Positions 1-12,276 are shown, numbered from the stretch's first letter. The stretch is DNA of 64,000 nucleotides from Tubulanus polymorphus (GCF_964204645.1 NC_134028.1:19041653-19105652); one strand, 5' to 3'. Notes: generated by a model not told the origin, from the letters alone. Numbers and translations: made by a program.

Positions 1-101
1 TGCCCTAAAGCAATTATGTTCCCCATTGAAACAGAGCCTAACGTTGCATTTGTCACATGCTGTATCTGTGAACCCCTTTGTGCACATCTTGCAACGGCCC
101 C

Positions 102-1349
102 TTTTTAGCCCACTTGGGACTTTAGTCCCAGCGGGCTATTGCGTTTACTTTTCGTCCGTCGTCCGTAGACGGAATCCAGTTATTTTGGGAAGTTTTGAAG
201 ACGCTTCAAGGTAATGTCTTGATATTTGGGTTACACATGTATCTACCCTAGACACATCTTCAGCCCAAAAACTGGCCCTGTCAGAATCAAGATGGCCGAC
301 TGGCAGCCATTGTTGTTCGCCAAAATCAGCACTTTTTACACATTTTTGAACTTTTTGAGGGAAATTTTGAAGACGCTTTGATCAATTACGGATATATGTG
401 AATCCCCCCAGGGCCCATCAACATTACAATAATTGGGTCGGTCGGACTCAACATGGCCGTCCTATGACCTTTTTAGTGCCCAAAAATGTTAATTTTGGCC
501 CGAATTCTGAGTCCTGTAGCTTCCTACTGGTTTGCCATTTCTCATTACAATTTGTGATGGGTATTCTTTGGAAAGGGATGTTTTATACCTGAGACATGTA
601 TTTTTCATCAGCCAATTATGACGCAATTGGCGGCCATCTTGGTGTCACCAGTACTCATTTGTAAGTGGGAAAAAGTTTTTCCACATTATATTGATACCTA
701 AGCATATTTTGCTACCACAATCAATTAGAAAGTTGTAGCTCATAACGTGTTCTATGATTGTGGTGAGTTTCAAGGTTATTGGATTTCGTATATGGCCACC
801 AGGGGGCGTTGAATAATACAATATCTTAGCATTTCTTTATTATATTCGTACCTATGCATATTTTGTAACCACAATCAATTGGAAAGTTGTAGCTCATGAC
901 ATCATCTATGATTGTTGCGAGTTTTAAGGACATAAGTTTTTCTATATGGTCACCAGGGGGCGTTGAATAGTAGAATAACTTAGTATTTCCTTATTATATT
1001 GGTACCTAGGCATATTTTGTTACCATGATCAATTGGAAAGTTGTAGTTCATGACATGTTCTATGATTGCGGTGAGTTTCGAGGTCATTGGGTTTTGAATA
1101 TGGTCTCCAGGAGGCGTTGAATAGTAGAATGACTTAGTATTTCCATATTAAATTGGTAACGAGGCATATTTTGTTATCACAATCGATTACAAAATCGTAG
1201 CTGCTGACATGTTCTATGATTGTGGTGAGTTTCAAGGTCATTGGTTTTTGTAAATGGTCACCAGGGTGCGTTGAATGTTGAAATTGTTAGATTGTTGAGC
1301 ATTTGAAACCACTTCCCAAGTGGGCATGGTGTCCCTGGACCCCTAGTTT
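102..1349 (+). mobile_element. Non-autonomous Helentron (HINE/DINE-1-like), family 1, full-length copy
   Basis: Inserted in a T-run without TSD. Sub-terminal inverted repeat GCCCACTTGGGA/TCCCAAGTGGGC, 5' internal inverted repeat, GTCC-type microsatellite, four central 154-bp tandem repeats, 3' short hairpin then CTAGT. Confidence 0.85.
685..1280 (+). repeat. 154-bp tandem repeat (about 4 units) inside the HINE
   Basis: Anchor TGG(C/T)CACCAGGGGGCG and variants recur at 793, 947, 1101 and 1255 (154-bp period). Confidence 0.9.
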
Positions 1350-3149
1350 CTAATCTTATTGGCCATCGGCCAGATCCATCCTTCTGCACGTCAGTGACAG
1401 GGGCAGTTCGAATCCGCTTGGGGGGTTTAGGGGACCTTTCATCATCGAGGGGTCTTCCCCTCTTTCTCTGATCATTAACTCCAATGAGTGCTTGGGCAAC
1501 CTTTGCTTGGAAATGCCTATTGCACATAACATTTTTTGTAGGCACACCCAGCAAACGACACTCACCGCGGTACAAAAGCCACGCGTTTACAACTGCAATC
1601 ATCACACTATGCCAAAATAAATAGAGATACCACCTCCTAGATTTGATTGGGTATTTATATAACGCAGTACAAGCATCTAGTAGATCAACTCCCCCCATAT
1701 ATGAATTGTACATCTTGATAATGTTTGGGCGTTCGATCGGTATGTATGTCTTCTGAGATTTATCTCAGCGCTGAACCTGGTCTATTGGTTCAACCCCTAC
1801 AAATATTGAAATTATTGTCACACAGTTGTTGTCAGCCCACTTCACAGCAACAATATTTGAATTTGTATCAACAACCTCTTCATACGACCCTCTTCCCCTT
1901 TTGAATTTGTATCAACAACCTCTTCATACGACCCTCTTCCCCTTTTGAGCAGTATCTTGTCATCACACAATGTACATCGGGGAAGGCGATTTTTACGTAC
2001 TGTACCAATGAAATGAATACCCATGGTATTCAGGGTGGCTACTAATGCTAGACCAGTAAAATAATTGTCTGCAAATACCTTGTAATTGCTGTTCGCAGGC
2101 AGAGTGCTACTCAGTTTTACAACAACATCACCCCCAACTCCAAGAGCAGAGCGTGTTCCCCCACCACCTTGGTACACGTCGAAATCACACAGTATACCAG
2201 AAGTGCCAGTACGTGCCCACATTTTGAGACCCCATTTATGAGGCTTGTTTTTTATATACTGTCTTATAGAGCTGTACCTCCCTTTGAACAGCACCATTAT
2301 TTCGTCTATAGAGTTATATTCTTCTGGCTCAACAGTAAGACAATTTTCTCGCAACAGGTTTAGCCACGGTCGAATTTTCCAAACCTTGTCTTTTTTCACT
2401 TCCTCACTAGCATTTAGATTATCAGCAAAGTGCAGCATAGTAACTAAGAACCGAAACCTCTCCCTACTCATTGTATCTGCAACAGGCGAAAATCTGGTTT
2501 CAGTCTCCCAATACATGCGCACACCAGGCATTTTTACTAATCCCATCAACAGATACATGCCGATTAGTTTTTCAAGTTCCTTTATAGACAGGTTAGCTAT
2601 AGTTCCTTTTTTTGAAGGGAGTTCTCATTTGAACACTGTACAACTAACCGCAACATATCGTCTGTTATGAATTTACAGAAGTATTTATACGGCGAAGATA
2701 ATGCATCTGGTTCTGTCAGGGGATTACCTCGGAAAATTGCATCCGGTGGATCAAATTTTTTTGCGCCATCGTGGGGGATTCGTCCACATCATTTAACAGA
2801 TTATTCACAAAGTTCGCTAGGGGTTCATCATCTGAAGAGTCAAATCCATCTGAGTCTTCATTTATGTCCTGGTTAGGTTCAGGTCCATAGTCTTCTTCAT
2901 CACCAGTTTCTTCAGACAATTCTTCGAGGTCGCTGTCATTTCCGTCACTGAGTGCCTCTAGGACATCAACAATTTGTAGCTTTTTTCTTCTTTCCATAAC
3001 CAGGACCTATAAAATAATGATAAGATAAATGTAAAAAAATGAAACTTCAAAAAGAGGGAGCATGGATGATAAGTTACAATGGATGGTACCCTTTTGTCAA
3101 ACCATCAATCGAATTCAAACGATGAATGACAGAGAGGCAAAACATGGGT

Positions 3150-4200
3150 CACATTTAAATATTCCAATAGCGGAATGCTAGTGAAAAAATTGTCAAAATA
3201 GACTTGATGATTTTTATCAACTAGGTCTGAACACAGAGAGATGACAATTTCCTCTCCAAGGCCTACATATCCAGGTCTTCATCATGATCATCAGTGTTAT
3301 CCTGCCCAGAGGTACCCTTACCTGTTGCCATCTTTAGGTCACGGTCTCCGGATGATGACGGATTACTGAACTCAAATATACGAGAGGAACAAAGACACCA
3401 ACACATTAACGACTGTGTCCATTGAGAGAGAGAACAAAGAGAGTTTTTATTTTACCAATATAGCGTTAGGTGGCAGCACTTCTCATAGTACCATCTTTAC
3501 ATATACAGTGTTGCACAAAACAATACATGTACAATAATACAGAAACATGAGTTTATATTATATCATTACCTTGATACACATCAAACTTAGATATATATCC
3601 ATCAGGGTCAGCCCTCATCCACAGTTTGTAGCCCGTTTTGATGGGTTTCATAGGATTATACTGTTTGATTGAGTGGCGCCCTTTGAACCTTTTCATGCTT
3701 TCATCTATACTAAACCTTCTAGAGACATTGTACAACTTCACAAAATTCTGATTTACTGCACTAATCAGTGGTCTCAACTTGAACAACTTGTCAGTATTGT
3801 TTTCGGGAATCTCGCTATTGTCGTTAACATGCAAATTAGATAGGATCTGGGCAAATCTGTTCCTAGGCATGACAGATGACACATATGGCACTCCCAAATC
3901 AAAGTCTGTTTTCCAAAATCCATCCAGCTGGGAAGTACGTGGTATCCCATAACTATGTTGACTCCCATAAAACCATACAGTTCCTCTTGCGTTATTGGCG
4001 ATATATGTCGGTCTTTCTGATTTATATACAAGTTTGTTTGGAAAAGTATATCATTGCAAAGTGGCTCATCCATGTATTTCAGAAATATACTTCCATGTGT
4101 TTCATTCGCTGTGTAATAACCAGGTACTGGGCCTGAAAGATATAAAGAAGGCCAACAAATTCAGTGATGCCCCTAGGATCTGAGAAGGGCTCAACTTCAT
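3150..4200 (-). mobile_element. piggyBac transposase fragment, element B, split by a solo LTR
   Basis: ORFs 3774-4073 and 3553-3897 (SIDESM, KQYNPMKPIKTGYKLW, FDVYQG). The frame resumes below 3322 as GKGTSG...GLGEEIV...VYFDNFFTSIPLL. Confidence 0.88.
3323..3565 (-). mobile_element. Ty1/copia solo LTR with 5-bp TSD
   Basis: Minus strand TGATA...CAACA, flanked by TTACC at 3318-3322 and 3566-3570. Shares motifs (ATGGCAACA end, GGATGATGACGGA, TGGCAGCACT) with the LTR at 62010-62217. Confidence 0.85.
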
Positions 4201-4577
4201 TGCAGGAAAAAGGTCACTGAGGCACAATTTTCAGGTTTTGAAGGCAACCTTATGCATGATTTTCATGCTTCAAGGGCAGGGAAAACTTGAAAATTTGAAT
4301 AAAATGAAAGAACAAGTAGGTAATAGTGGCTAGTTCTCATTTATACAGCATGGCACCACCAAGGGTGTTTTTGGGGCACACAGGTAGCTAAAAATGGGGC
4401 AGGGCAGCCTGCACCCTCTTTTGGCCTAAGCAGATCTAAGGACATCACATGCATTGTGTATAGATTATTTATAGAAATACATTCATGATGTAATATAATT
4501 TGTAGGTAAAATTAATCCTTGCCTTCTGGAGAATTGAAAGCTAGTTGAACACGTTACATCTCCTTTTTCTACCAAAA

Positions 4578-5063
4578 TCATAGTGCCACTTCTAGAAGAG
4601 ACTTCAATTGTGGTAAAGTTATCTTTTCTGTCTTGTCACCAATGTCCTTCAAAGATTCTAGTATACGTTTCAGTTCGACTTCAGTGATCGGATCATCAGG
4701 CTTATCACGTTTCTGTATGAAGTCCTCCAAGAATTTAACTTTTTCAATTTTATTCAATTGCTTTTTATTCTTTTTTGACTGAGAGGTCGATGGCTTGGGT
4801 ACGGACTTCTTCTTCTTTGACTTAGAGGTTGACGGCTTGGGTACAGTCTTTGCCGTTATTACGGGCCGACTAACTTCCTCTATCCAGTCAATTTTTCCAT
4901 TGCCGTTTTTGAATAGAACCTCCGGTTCTATCTTTCCAGTCAACCCCCCTTTATACCACCGTAGTTTTATAACTTCGTCATTTATTTCCATCACCTCGCC
5001 TATTTGAGGCCAGTAATCTGCATATTTTGCCATGTCTAATAAACACAAATTGCCAACTACCAT
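4578..5063 (-). CDS. Unassigned ORF/exon, probably the C-terminal part of a TE-associated protein
   Basis: 161-aa open frame with WPQIGEV...LRWYKG motif and a 14-aa tandem duplication (VPKPSTSKSKKKKS/VPKPSTSQSKKNKK). An acceptor-like AG lies near 5118. Confidence 0.4.
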   Translation of the reverse strand: MVVGNLCLLDMAKYADYWPQIGEVMEINDEVIKLRWYKGGLTGKIEPEVLFKNGNGKIDWIEEVSRPVITAKTVPKPSTSKSKKKKSVPKPSTSQSKKNKKQLNKIEKVKFLEDFIQKRDKPDDPITEVELKRILESLKDIGDKTEKITLPQLKSLLEVAL

Positions 5064-6091
5064 TTCTCTTTCAACATCTTTGATCGTTGAAGTTCCGGAT
5101 TTCTTGCCAATTACAACCTACAATTTCAAAATTAAACGTTATCAAGCAACTTATTACAGCACTCATTATATAATAGTAGTTCGTCAAAATTGATACCTTT
5201 TGAAAGTAAAGTAAATTTTTTAAGTATACTTTTAGCAGTTGTAGTTATTAAACTATGTTTATTGATGCGTGACTGGTTGACTTTCACCATACACTCGACG
5301 TCCAATAAATGAACAATGAACGATACGTAATTTTGACGCATTGTACTGCATCGCCATAGATGTAAGCAATAATAACTATTGGGCGTCATGTTTAGCTAGC
5401 TGATAAAAATATTGATGCGTAGAAATGTTGGTGCAATTCGCCTTGTAGAGAGGTGTTTCAACCCTTCAGGCCCATGTATCTACAAGCCTGTGTTTTCATT
5501 TGGTAGTTTTTCTAATAAAACTAAAGCACTCACTACAAAGTAAAAGCTTTTCCAGGTTAACCGATACGGTATGTAATATGTTAGTGTCAATTACATGCAC
5601 TTGTACAAAAGCGTCTGAAATAATATTTCGTAACATTTTATGTGTAGAAATCTAAAGAACTTGAATAGAAAATATACCGTGCTATTACAATCCCGAGACC
5701 AAGTTAATATGGTCGAAGTTTGGTTTGATCATATCCGGCACTCCAGAAGGAATTTTTCGAAGGAGGTGTCCAAATTTGTCTCCATCGGGTCCTTTGGTGG
5801 ATTTATTGGATGGAGTCAATATGCTCCATGACATCAGGGAAGTGCAAGGTTTGAGCATCTTGCACCCACATTTTTTCTGATTCGAAGATCCTGGTCACGG
5901 CATGATGTCAAAAGAATCAACTTGAAGCCTTGACTTCCGTATTACAACTAACTATGTATTTTATTCTTCAGTAAAAAGATACATCATTTAACTGCGCATG
6001 CGCTGGGGGATGGAGACGTGGATGACACCGGGTTATCTAATGTCTACTTTAACTTGACTTGAGAGCACATCAGGTGGCCTAGGTCAGTCAG

Positions 6092-7355
6092 TTTTTAGCC
6101 CACTTGGGACTTTAGTCCCAGCGGGCTATTGCGTTCACTTTTCATTCGTCCGTCCGTCCGTAGATGGTATCCAGTTATTTTGGGAAGTTTTGAAGGTGCT
6201 TCAATGTAATGTCTTGATATTTGGGTTACACATGTATCTACCCTAGACACATCTTCAGCCCAAAAAAATTGCCCTGTCAGAATCAAGATGACCGACTGGC
6301 AGCCATTGTTGGTCGCCAAAATCAGCACTTTTTACACATTTTTGAACTTTTTGAGGGAAATTTTGAAGACGTTTCGATCAGTTACCTTGATCGTTCGTAT
6401 ATATTTGAATCCCCCAAGAGCCCATCACCATAAGAAAAATTGGGTCGATCGGACTCAAGATGGTCGCATATGACCTTTTTAGTGCCCAAAAATGTCAATT
6501 TTGGCCAGAATTCTGAGTCCTGTAGCTTCCTACTTGTTTGCCATTTCTCATTGCAATTTGTGATGGGTATTCTTTGGAAAGGGATGTTTTATACCTGAGA
6601 CAGGTATTTTTGATCAGCCAATTATGGCGCAATTGGCGGCCATCTTGGTGTCATCAGTACTCATTCGTAGGTGGGAAAAAGTTTTTCCACATTATATTGA
6701 TACCTATTAAGCATAATTTGTTACCACAATCAATAAGAAAGTTGTAGCCCATAACATGTTCTATGATTTTGGTGAGTTTCAAAATCATTGGTTTTTGTAT
6801 GTGTCCACCAGGGGGCGTTGAATAATACAATAACTTAGTATTTCTATATTATATTTGTACCTATGCATATTTTGTTACCACAATCGATTGCAAAGTTGTA
6901 GCTCATGACATCGTCTATGATTGTGGTGAGTTTTAAGGACATAAGATATTCTATGTGGTCACCAGGGGGCGTTGAATAGTAGAATAACTTAGTATTTCCT
7001 TATTAGATTGGTGCCTAGGCATATTTTGTTACCATGATCAATTGCAAAGTTGTAGTTCATGACATGTTTCATGATTGTGGTGAGTTTCAAGATCATTGGG
7101 TTCTGCATATGGTCACCAGGGGACGTTGAATAGTAGAATAACTTAGTATTTCCATATTAAATTGGTAACGAGGCATATTTTGTTATCACAATCAATTAAA
7201 GATCATAGCTGCTGACATATTCTATGATTGTGGCGAGTTTCAAGGTCATTGGTTTTTGTATATGGTCACCAGGGGGCGTTGAATATTGAAATTGTGGCAT
7301 TGTTGAGCATTTGAAACCACTTCCCAAATGGGCATGGTGTACTTGGACCCCTAGT
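6092..7355 (+). mobile_element. HINE family 1, full-length copy
   Basis: Colinear with 102-1349: same TTTTTAGCCCACTTGGGAC start, four 154-bp repeats, ...GGACCCCTAGT end. Confidence 0.88.
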
Positions 7356-7799
7356 ATTGGTACATACCTCATAAAAGTCTTAATAGGACCAGAAAAGACT
7401 GGCAGTTGGCCTAAAACATTTTTTAATCCATTTTAAACTGTATTGATGGATTGCAAAAAGACTGCATTTGAAGGGGTTGAAAAGAGAAAAGTGACTCCAT
7501 GATTTGAAATTTCAAAATCCTTGCCAACGTATAACAAATTTCAGTTGGTAGGCATATCATTATCCTTTAACAGGTGTGAACCACAAAAACTGACTGAGCT
7601 AGGCCACCCGACGCTCAAGCAAATCAGACCTTTTCTAGTCTTATACATTATCAAACTCTTGATAAACATCTGATGACTGAAAACATGTATGTATAATCTG
7701 AACATAAGGAAATTCTAACAGGATTTACATTATTTTATAAATTTAGACCTCATTGAAGAAATGGGTAAGCTTTTTCAAATGCTCAGGACTAAGCTTTTC

Positions 7800-9290
7800 G
7801 CGAATTTCTGGACAAATTACTAACTTTTCTGGTACAAAATTTGGATGCTTCATATTGATGAATATCATGCAGATTTTTGGTCATTTTAATTTTTCCTGTA
7901 ACTGGGCAAGGGTAGGACCTGAAATCTAAATGCCGAATACAAAGATCATTAGGGTTCTCTTTTTCTTCTGGTGTAAAATTTGTTCAGCAACCATAGCAAA
8001 CCCTTCCGTGAAGAAATGTAAATTGGAAATCTTGAGGGGAATGTTGAGGTAGTTGTGGTTAAACGTTGCCTATTTCTCCTGTTCCAAGTGAATTTAATCG
8101 TATGTCCGATGTCGATATATTAAATAGATTACTGCGTCAAATGTTTGACTTATGCCATGTCAAGAAATGTGATAAAAGTTTCAATTTTTCTGCAACAGCA
8201 ATGCTATGTGAGCAAAAATAATGAAACTTGTATTGATTGCATTTACAGAAGCATTTGCTGTTCTTCAAAGAAAAAGTAACTTGATTATCTATAGCAGACG
8301 GCTCGCTAATAAGGCTATAGTTCAGTAATGAGCCATCGGTTGAAGGTGCTGGAAGAATAGCTGACAAATTTTTAAGTAAGGAGGATGCCTTTTAACATAC
8401 ACCCTTCAATATTGATTCGCTTACGCTAACGTTGTAGTGGGCTTTGGCTTGTTGAGGGGATACAGACAATGTTGCATTAAAGAAATTGCATGGATATTCA
8501 CCATGAAGAGCATGCATAGTGAGAGATCTAGCTTGAGATAAAAATTTCTCATCTACGTTCATATAAAAAAATGCAGGTTTTAATAAAAACTTACTAAATT
8601 CTTGCCTAACTTCAAAACTTTCCGATATACCGGCATATGCCTTTATTATCTCTTCGCGTTCGTCCAAGATTAATTGGTGTAAAGATTTTACGAATGCACA
8701 CAGACCCATTTCCCTTCTTTGCATCCAATTCCTTAACTTTGCATTTGTACTTTCCTAACTGTTTGTATAAAATTTCGGAGGGGACGCTCCAAGTCCTGCA
8801 TTAGTCCGGACGTCCTGGAGAATACTTTTCTTAATCATATCTGATTTTGATTTCATATACTTGATAAATGAACTCATTTTACCAGTAAGCTCCCAAACAC
8901 TAACTAATTCCGTCAGTTTGATGTCGAATTCTTTTACCGAACAGTCAGTTAGTCCAGGTGAATGTTTATCGCCAAATACTTGAAACAATACATTAGCTTT
9001 AGTTACAGAATCAACATTTTTTAATTGATCTTTCACATTGGCCTCAAAATGACGTGTGTAACGTAAATGTATAGCACCAGTAAAAAATTTGTGTGCAGCG
9101 TTGCTAAAATTTGTTTCGCCATCTGTACCAAATGCTGCGACATTTACTATTTTGTCATTTGCTTTCATCATTGACTGAAATAACTGACTGTATGACTCAT
9201 TTGTTTTATCATAATGGATAAGAACGGGTCCAGTAAAAATTGGGCTCTTTCCTGTCTTCTTGAGTGTGATCATGAGATGATCTCTAGAGT
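7800..9290 (-). pseudogene. Mutator (MULE) transposase with SWIM zinc finger, degenerate
   Basis: AFGTDGE (catalytic D), HLRYTRHF (degenerate CxxH), YTNS*ESTNAKL (catalytic E), CxCxxxxxxxxCSH SWIM motif. Stops and frameshifts. Confidence 0.8.
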
Positions 9291-11001
9291 GTGATCGAAA
9301 CGTTGTGTCTTTTAAAATCTTTGACTTAATAATTTCTTGATTTTTAAACTACATGTAGTAATTTGTATATAGTGGGTTTTTAACATTTATCATCAACTTA
9401 ACATTCAACTCAAAAGCTACAAACAATGAAACAATGAACACCTACAACAACTAAAGGGATTCAGAATCCTTTTAGTTGTTGCAGGTATCATTCTACCTTA
9501 CTGATGCCTTGTACATGTACCTACATTCATTAAAATGTTTGTGATATGTTACCCCTTTGGCATTTTCAGGAATTTTGCTCGTATAGTACATTCATTCATT
9601 TAATTGACAAGACTAAATTTAAAAATTTATCAAAACATCGCAAATAAAGTTATCATCCATTGCATTAATAAATGGAATAGAGCAAACTTATATTCACCTT
9701 TAGTTCAAGGTCTAATTGTAAACTTATTAAAGGCTACCAACTATTACTGATCATTGGCATTTTTGCAATTAAGACGAGTCTTTATACCATAATAACAACT
9801 ATAATGTGACTATGCCAAATATGACTCCCCTGGTTGAGCAAACATTGAAGGGGAAATAAAGACAGGTAACAAAAATATTGCATACTTCATAAACAGCAGT
9901 TTACTTAAATGTTTATTTAGTTTGTAAGAATTATTGGTTTCAGTCAAACACAGATAAACCTGTCTATGATCTCACATTCTATTGTATTTGATTGTAAACC
10001 ATGACGTAAGTAGTAAACTGATGGATTTTTTCTTAATTAATGCCGACTGTTGAAACTATGATGACATTTTGATAGCATCTTCCATGCCTTTCAATTTATA
10101 CCAGTAACTGCATCTGCAAGCGCATCAACCTACTATCAACGTTTATGAAACGTTGAACTAGATGTTTAATTTTGATTGATTTTAAGTTTAAAATGAAAGT
10201 TGAGCTGACGTAATTTATAGATATTGAATCAATGTTGTGTTGATAACATTGAAAATACGTCACGGTTCTACGTGGAATCAATGTTGAAAGCGAATATTGA
10301 ATTTAGGTTGAAATTAATGTTGACCTGACGTCAGTTTACAACCTTCATTAAACGTTGATAAGAAGTTGAAATAGAGGTCACATGTCCACGTTGAAAAGAT
10401 GTTGAAGATAACTACTGACAAAACAAGCTGAAATTATTTTTAAAATTGTTTATTGAAAAACGATTAATCATGTTCATAGATTTACAGGCATCCATTGTCG
10501 AGGCACCCGTGAGTTTACAAAAATCAACAAACCTAACAAAAAATACTGAAAATGGTTGAGCAAGTCGATTTTTTACTCTAAATACAAAGTTCATCTTTTA
10601 CCATGAGACAATAATGTGATACTGTATTCCCTGATTTTAGCAAGATACTTCAAAATTCCCTTATCTGTGGACAGCTCATGCTTAGATAATTCAAAATGAA
10701 GTACGAACATTACTTTTCACTATCTGACATACTAATCGAGAGAGCAATATTCCTTTGATAATAAGAGGCTTTTGCACAACTACATGTTCCCATCCAACAA
10801 AATCTAAAATCAACTGAATGGTTTATCATCAACTGTTTCAAAATTATGAAACAATATTGGTGTCCCTATATATGGTGCATACTTTAAGTGGCTTTACATG
10901 TGAGTAAGAGGAACTGTACCTCAGTTCAAACACTACTTGTGTAAAGAGTCTATCGTGCAAGTCTATTGTGCCTTACTGCCACCTTTCATGTAGCGCGTTC
11001 G

Positions 11002-11213
11002 ATTATCTTCTCCCAGTAAGTCTGGGTATACCCGGGAATCACTTGGATGCGTTTGATTTATCCGTCACGTGGTAGTTTGGGCTTCCCAGGGGAAGTTTAA
11101 GTAACCTGCTCCGAGTGTCTCTCATTTTAAACTTCCCTGGGGGAGCCCAAACTATCACGTGACGGATAAATGGATCCCCAGGGATATACCCAGACTTATT
11201 CGGAGAAGATAAT
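11002..11213. mobile_element. Fold-back MITE (long imperfect palindrome)
   Basis: ATTATCTTCTCC...GGAGAAGATAAT termini and inner arms TTTATCCGTCACGTGGTAGTTTGGGCT / AGCCCAAACTATCACGTGACGGATAAA. Confidence 0.75.
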
Positions 11214-11321
11214 GGAATGCACTCATAGTGCATACTTTAGGTGGCTCGACATTGTCTGTTCCACATCTTTTTCAATGCAGTTTATAAAAATTAAAAACAA
11301 AACATTATTGAAAACAAATAA

Positions 11322-11998
11322 CCCTTTGGTGCCTAGGGGTAGCAACACTGACAGTGACCTTGATTTATCCCCTCATCCCCAGGAAGTGATATAGATAATT
11401 AGGATGATATAGTTTTCGTCTTGTACTGTTATGGTGAGACACAAAAAGCTGGAAAATCAGTTCAGAGAGGAAAGAGGAGAGTAGACAACTAATGAATATT
11501 ATAGGTTGTAATTGCCAACATTTGTTATAAGCTGAAATGAATAAAACGTGTTGGTAACTTAAATCTGAAATTTCAGCGTGTGCAAAATTTTGAAATCTGG
11601 TTTTGAATTTCTGAGGAAAAATTGCTTTTACTTTTTTATTTTTTGGCCTTATGCCCTAATTTTTTATATGTTGTTAGAAACAGTCTATGGAATCCCCTGC
11701 AATTGATTATTCTGATAAGGGCAAGATAAGAGAGAGTTCCATTTTCAGAATTTCACCAAAAGAATTTCACCCAAAATTTTCTAGCTGGCCCCCATTACCA
11801 TATGTATAAATTTTGACAATGGATTCTAATTCTGCTAGAATATACCTTTAATTCGATACTTGGTTGAATGCTGTAGCACCAAAAATAAAAAAGTAATAGC
11901 AATTTCATTATCAGTCGTCTTCATCATTCATAGAAACAATAGAAATTGCTCAGGCTGATTAGTAGATTTACCGGCCGAACCCCTCAGGCACCAAAGGG
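11322..11998. mobile_element. Non-autonomous piggyBac MITE
   Basis: TIR CCCTTTGGTGCCT / AGGCACCAAAGGG. Flanks ATAA and TTAA. No ORF. Confidence 0.82.
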
Positions 11999-12044
11999 TT
12001 AAGCCATTTCACTCGACCTAAAAACCTCAAACAATATTGTTGTA

Positions 12045-12091
12045 AGTGAACGCAATAGCCCGCTGGGACTTAAGTCCCAAGTGCGCTAAAA
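12045..12091 (-). mobile_element. HINE family 1, 5'-end fragment
   Basis: GTGAACGCAATAGCCCGCTGGGACTTAAGTCCCAAGTGCGCTAAAA is the reverse complement of the family 1 start. Confidence 0.75.
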
Positions 12092-12135
12092 ATAAACTAA
12101 AATAATTACATCAAAAAGTTCAAACACTACTTGTG

Positions 12136-12276
12136 TCAGAGTCTATCGTGCGAGTCTATCGTGCCAGTCCATCGTGCCTTATTGCCACCTTTTCTATACA
12201 GTGCGTATTTGAGCTGACTAGACATCGTCTGTTCAATGTCCCTTTCTGTGCATGGATATCTTGAAGTAGCAATTTC
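12136..12276 (-). pseudogene. Exon resembling the C-terminus of a BEN/DUF4806-like domain
   Basis: TERDIEQTMSSQLKYALYRKGG fits the ...E..I...LK.AP.R.GG pattern. Acceptor TTCATTCTAG upstream. A partial duplicate lies at about 10922-10997. Confidence 0.45.

Larger units (their letters stand above)
1..3010 (-). mobile_element. piggyBac (PGBD-like) transposase pseudogene, element A, interrupted by a HINE
   Basis: ORF pieces 2716-2997 (acidic N-term), 1842-2558 (SIDEIM, KPHKWGLK, FADNYF) and 1258-1713 (YMGGVDLLD, RRWYLYLFWH). Bases 1-101 encode the Cys-rich C-terminus RGRCKMCTKGFTDTACDKCNVRLC. Frameshifts present. Confidence 0.92.

Noticed and set aside
398-592. Recurrent short ORFs (also 6221-6747, 25045-25302, 34920-35503)
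   Set aside because: They lie in non-coding HINE copies, and frames and stops are not conserved between copies.
10130-10410. Cluster of AACGTTGA/AATGTTGA motifs as a regulatory array
   Set aside because: Irregular spacing and degenerate. Most likely an old MITE interior whose ends I cannot define.
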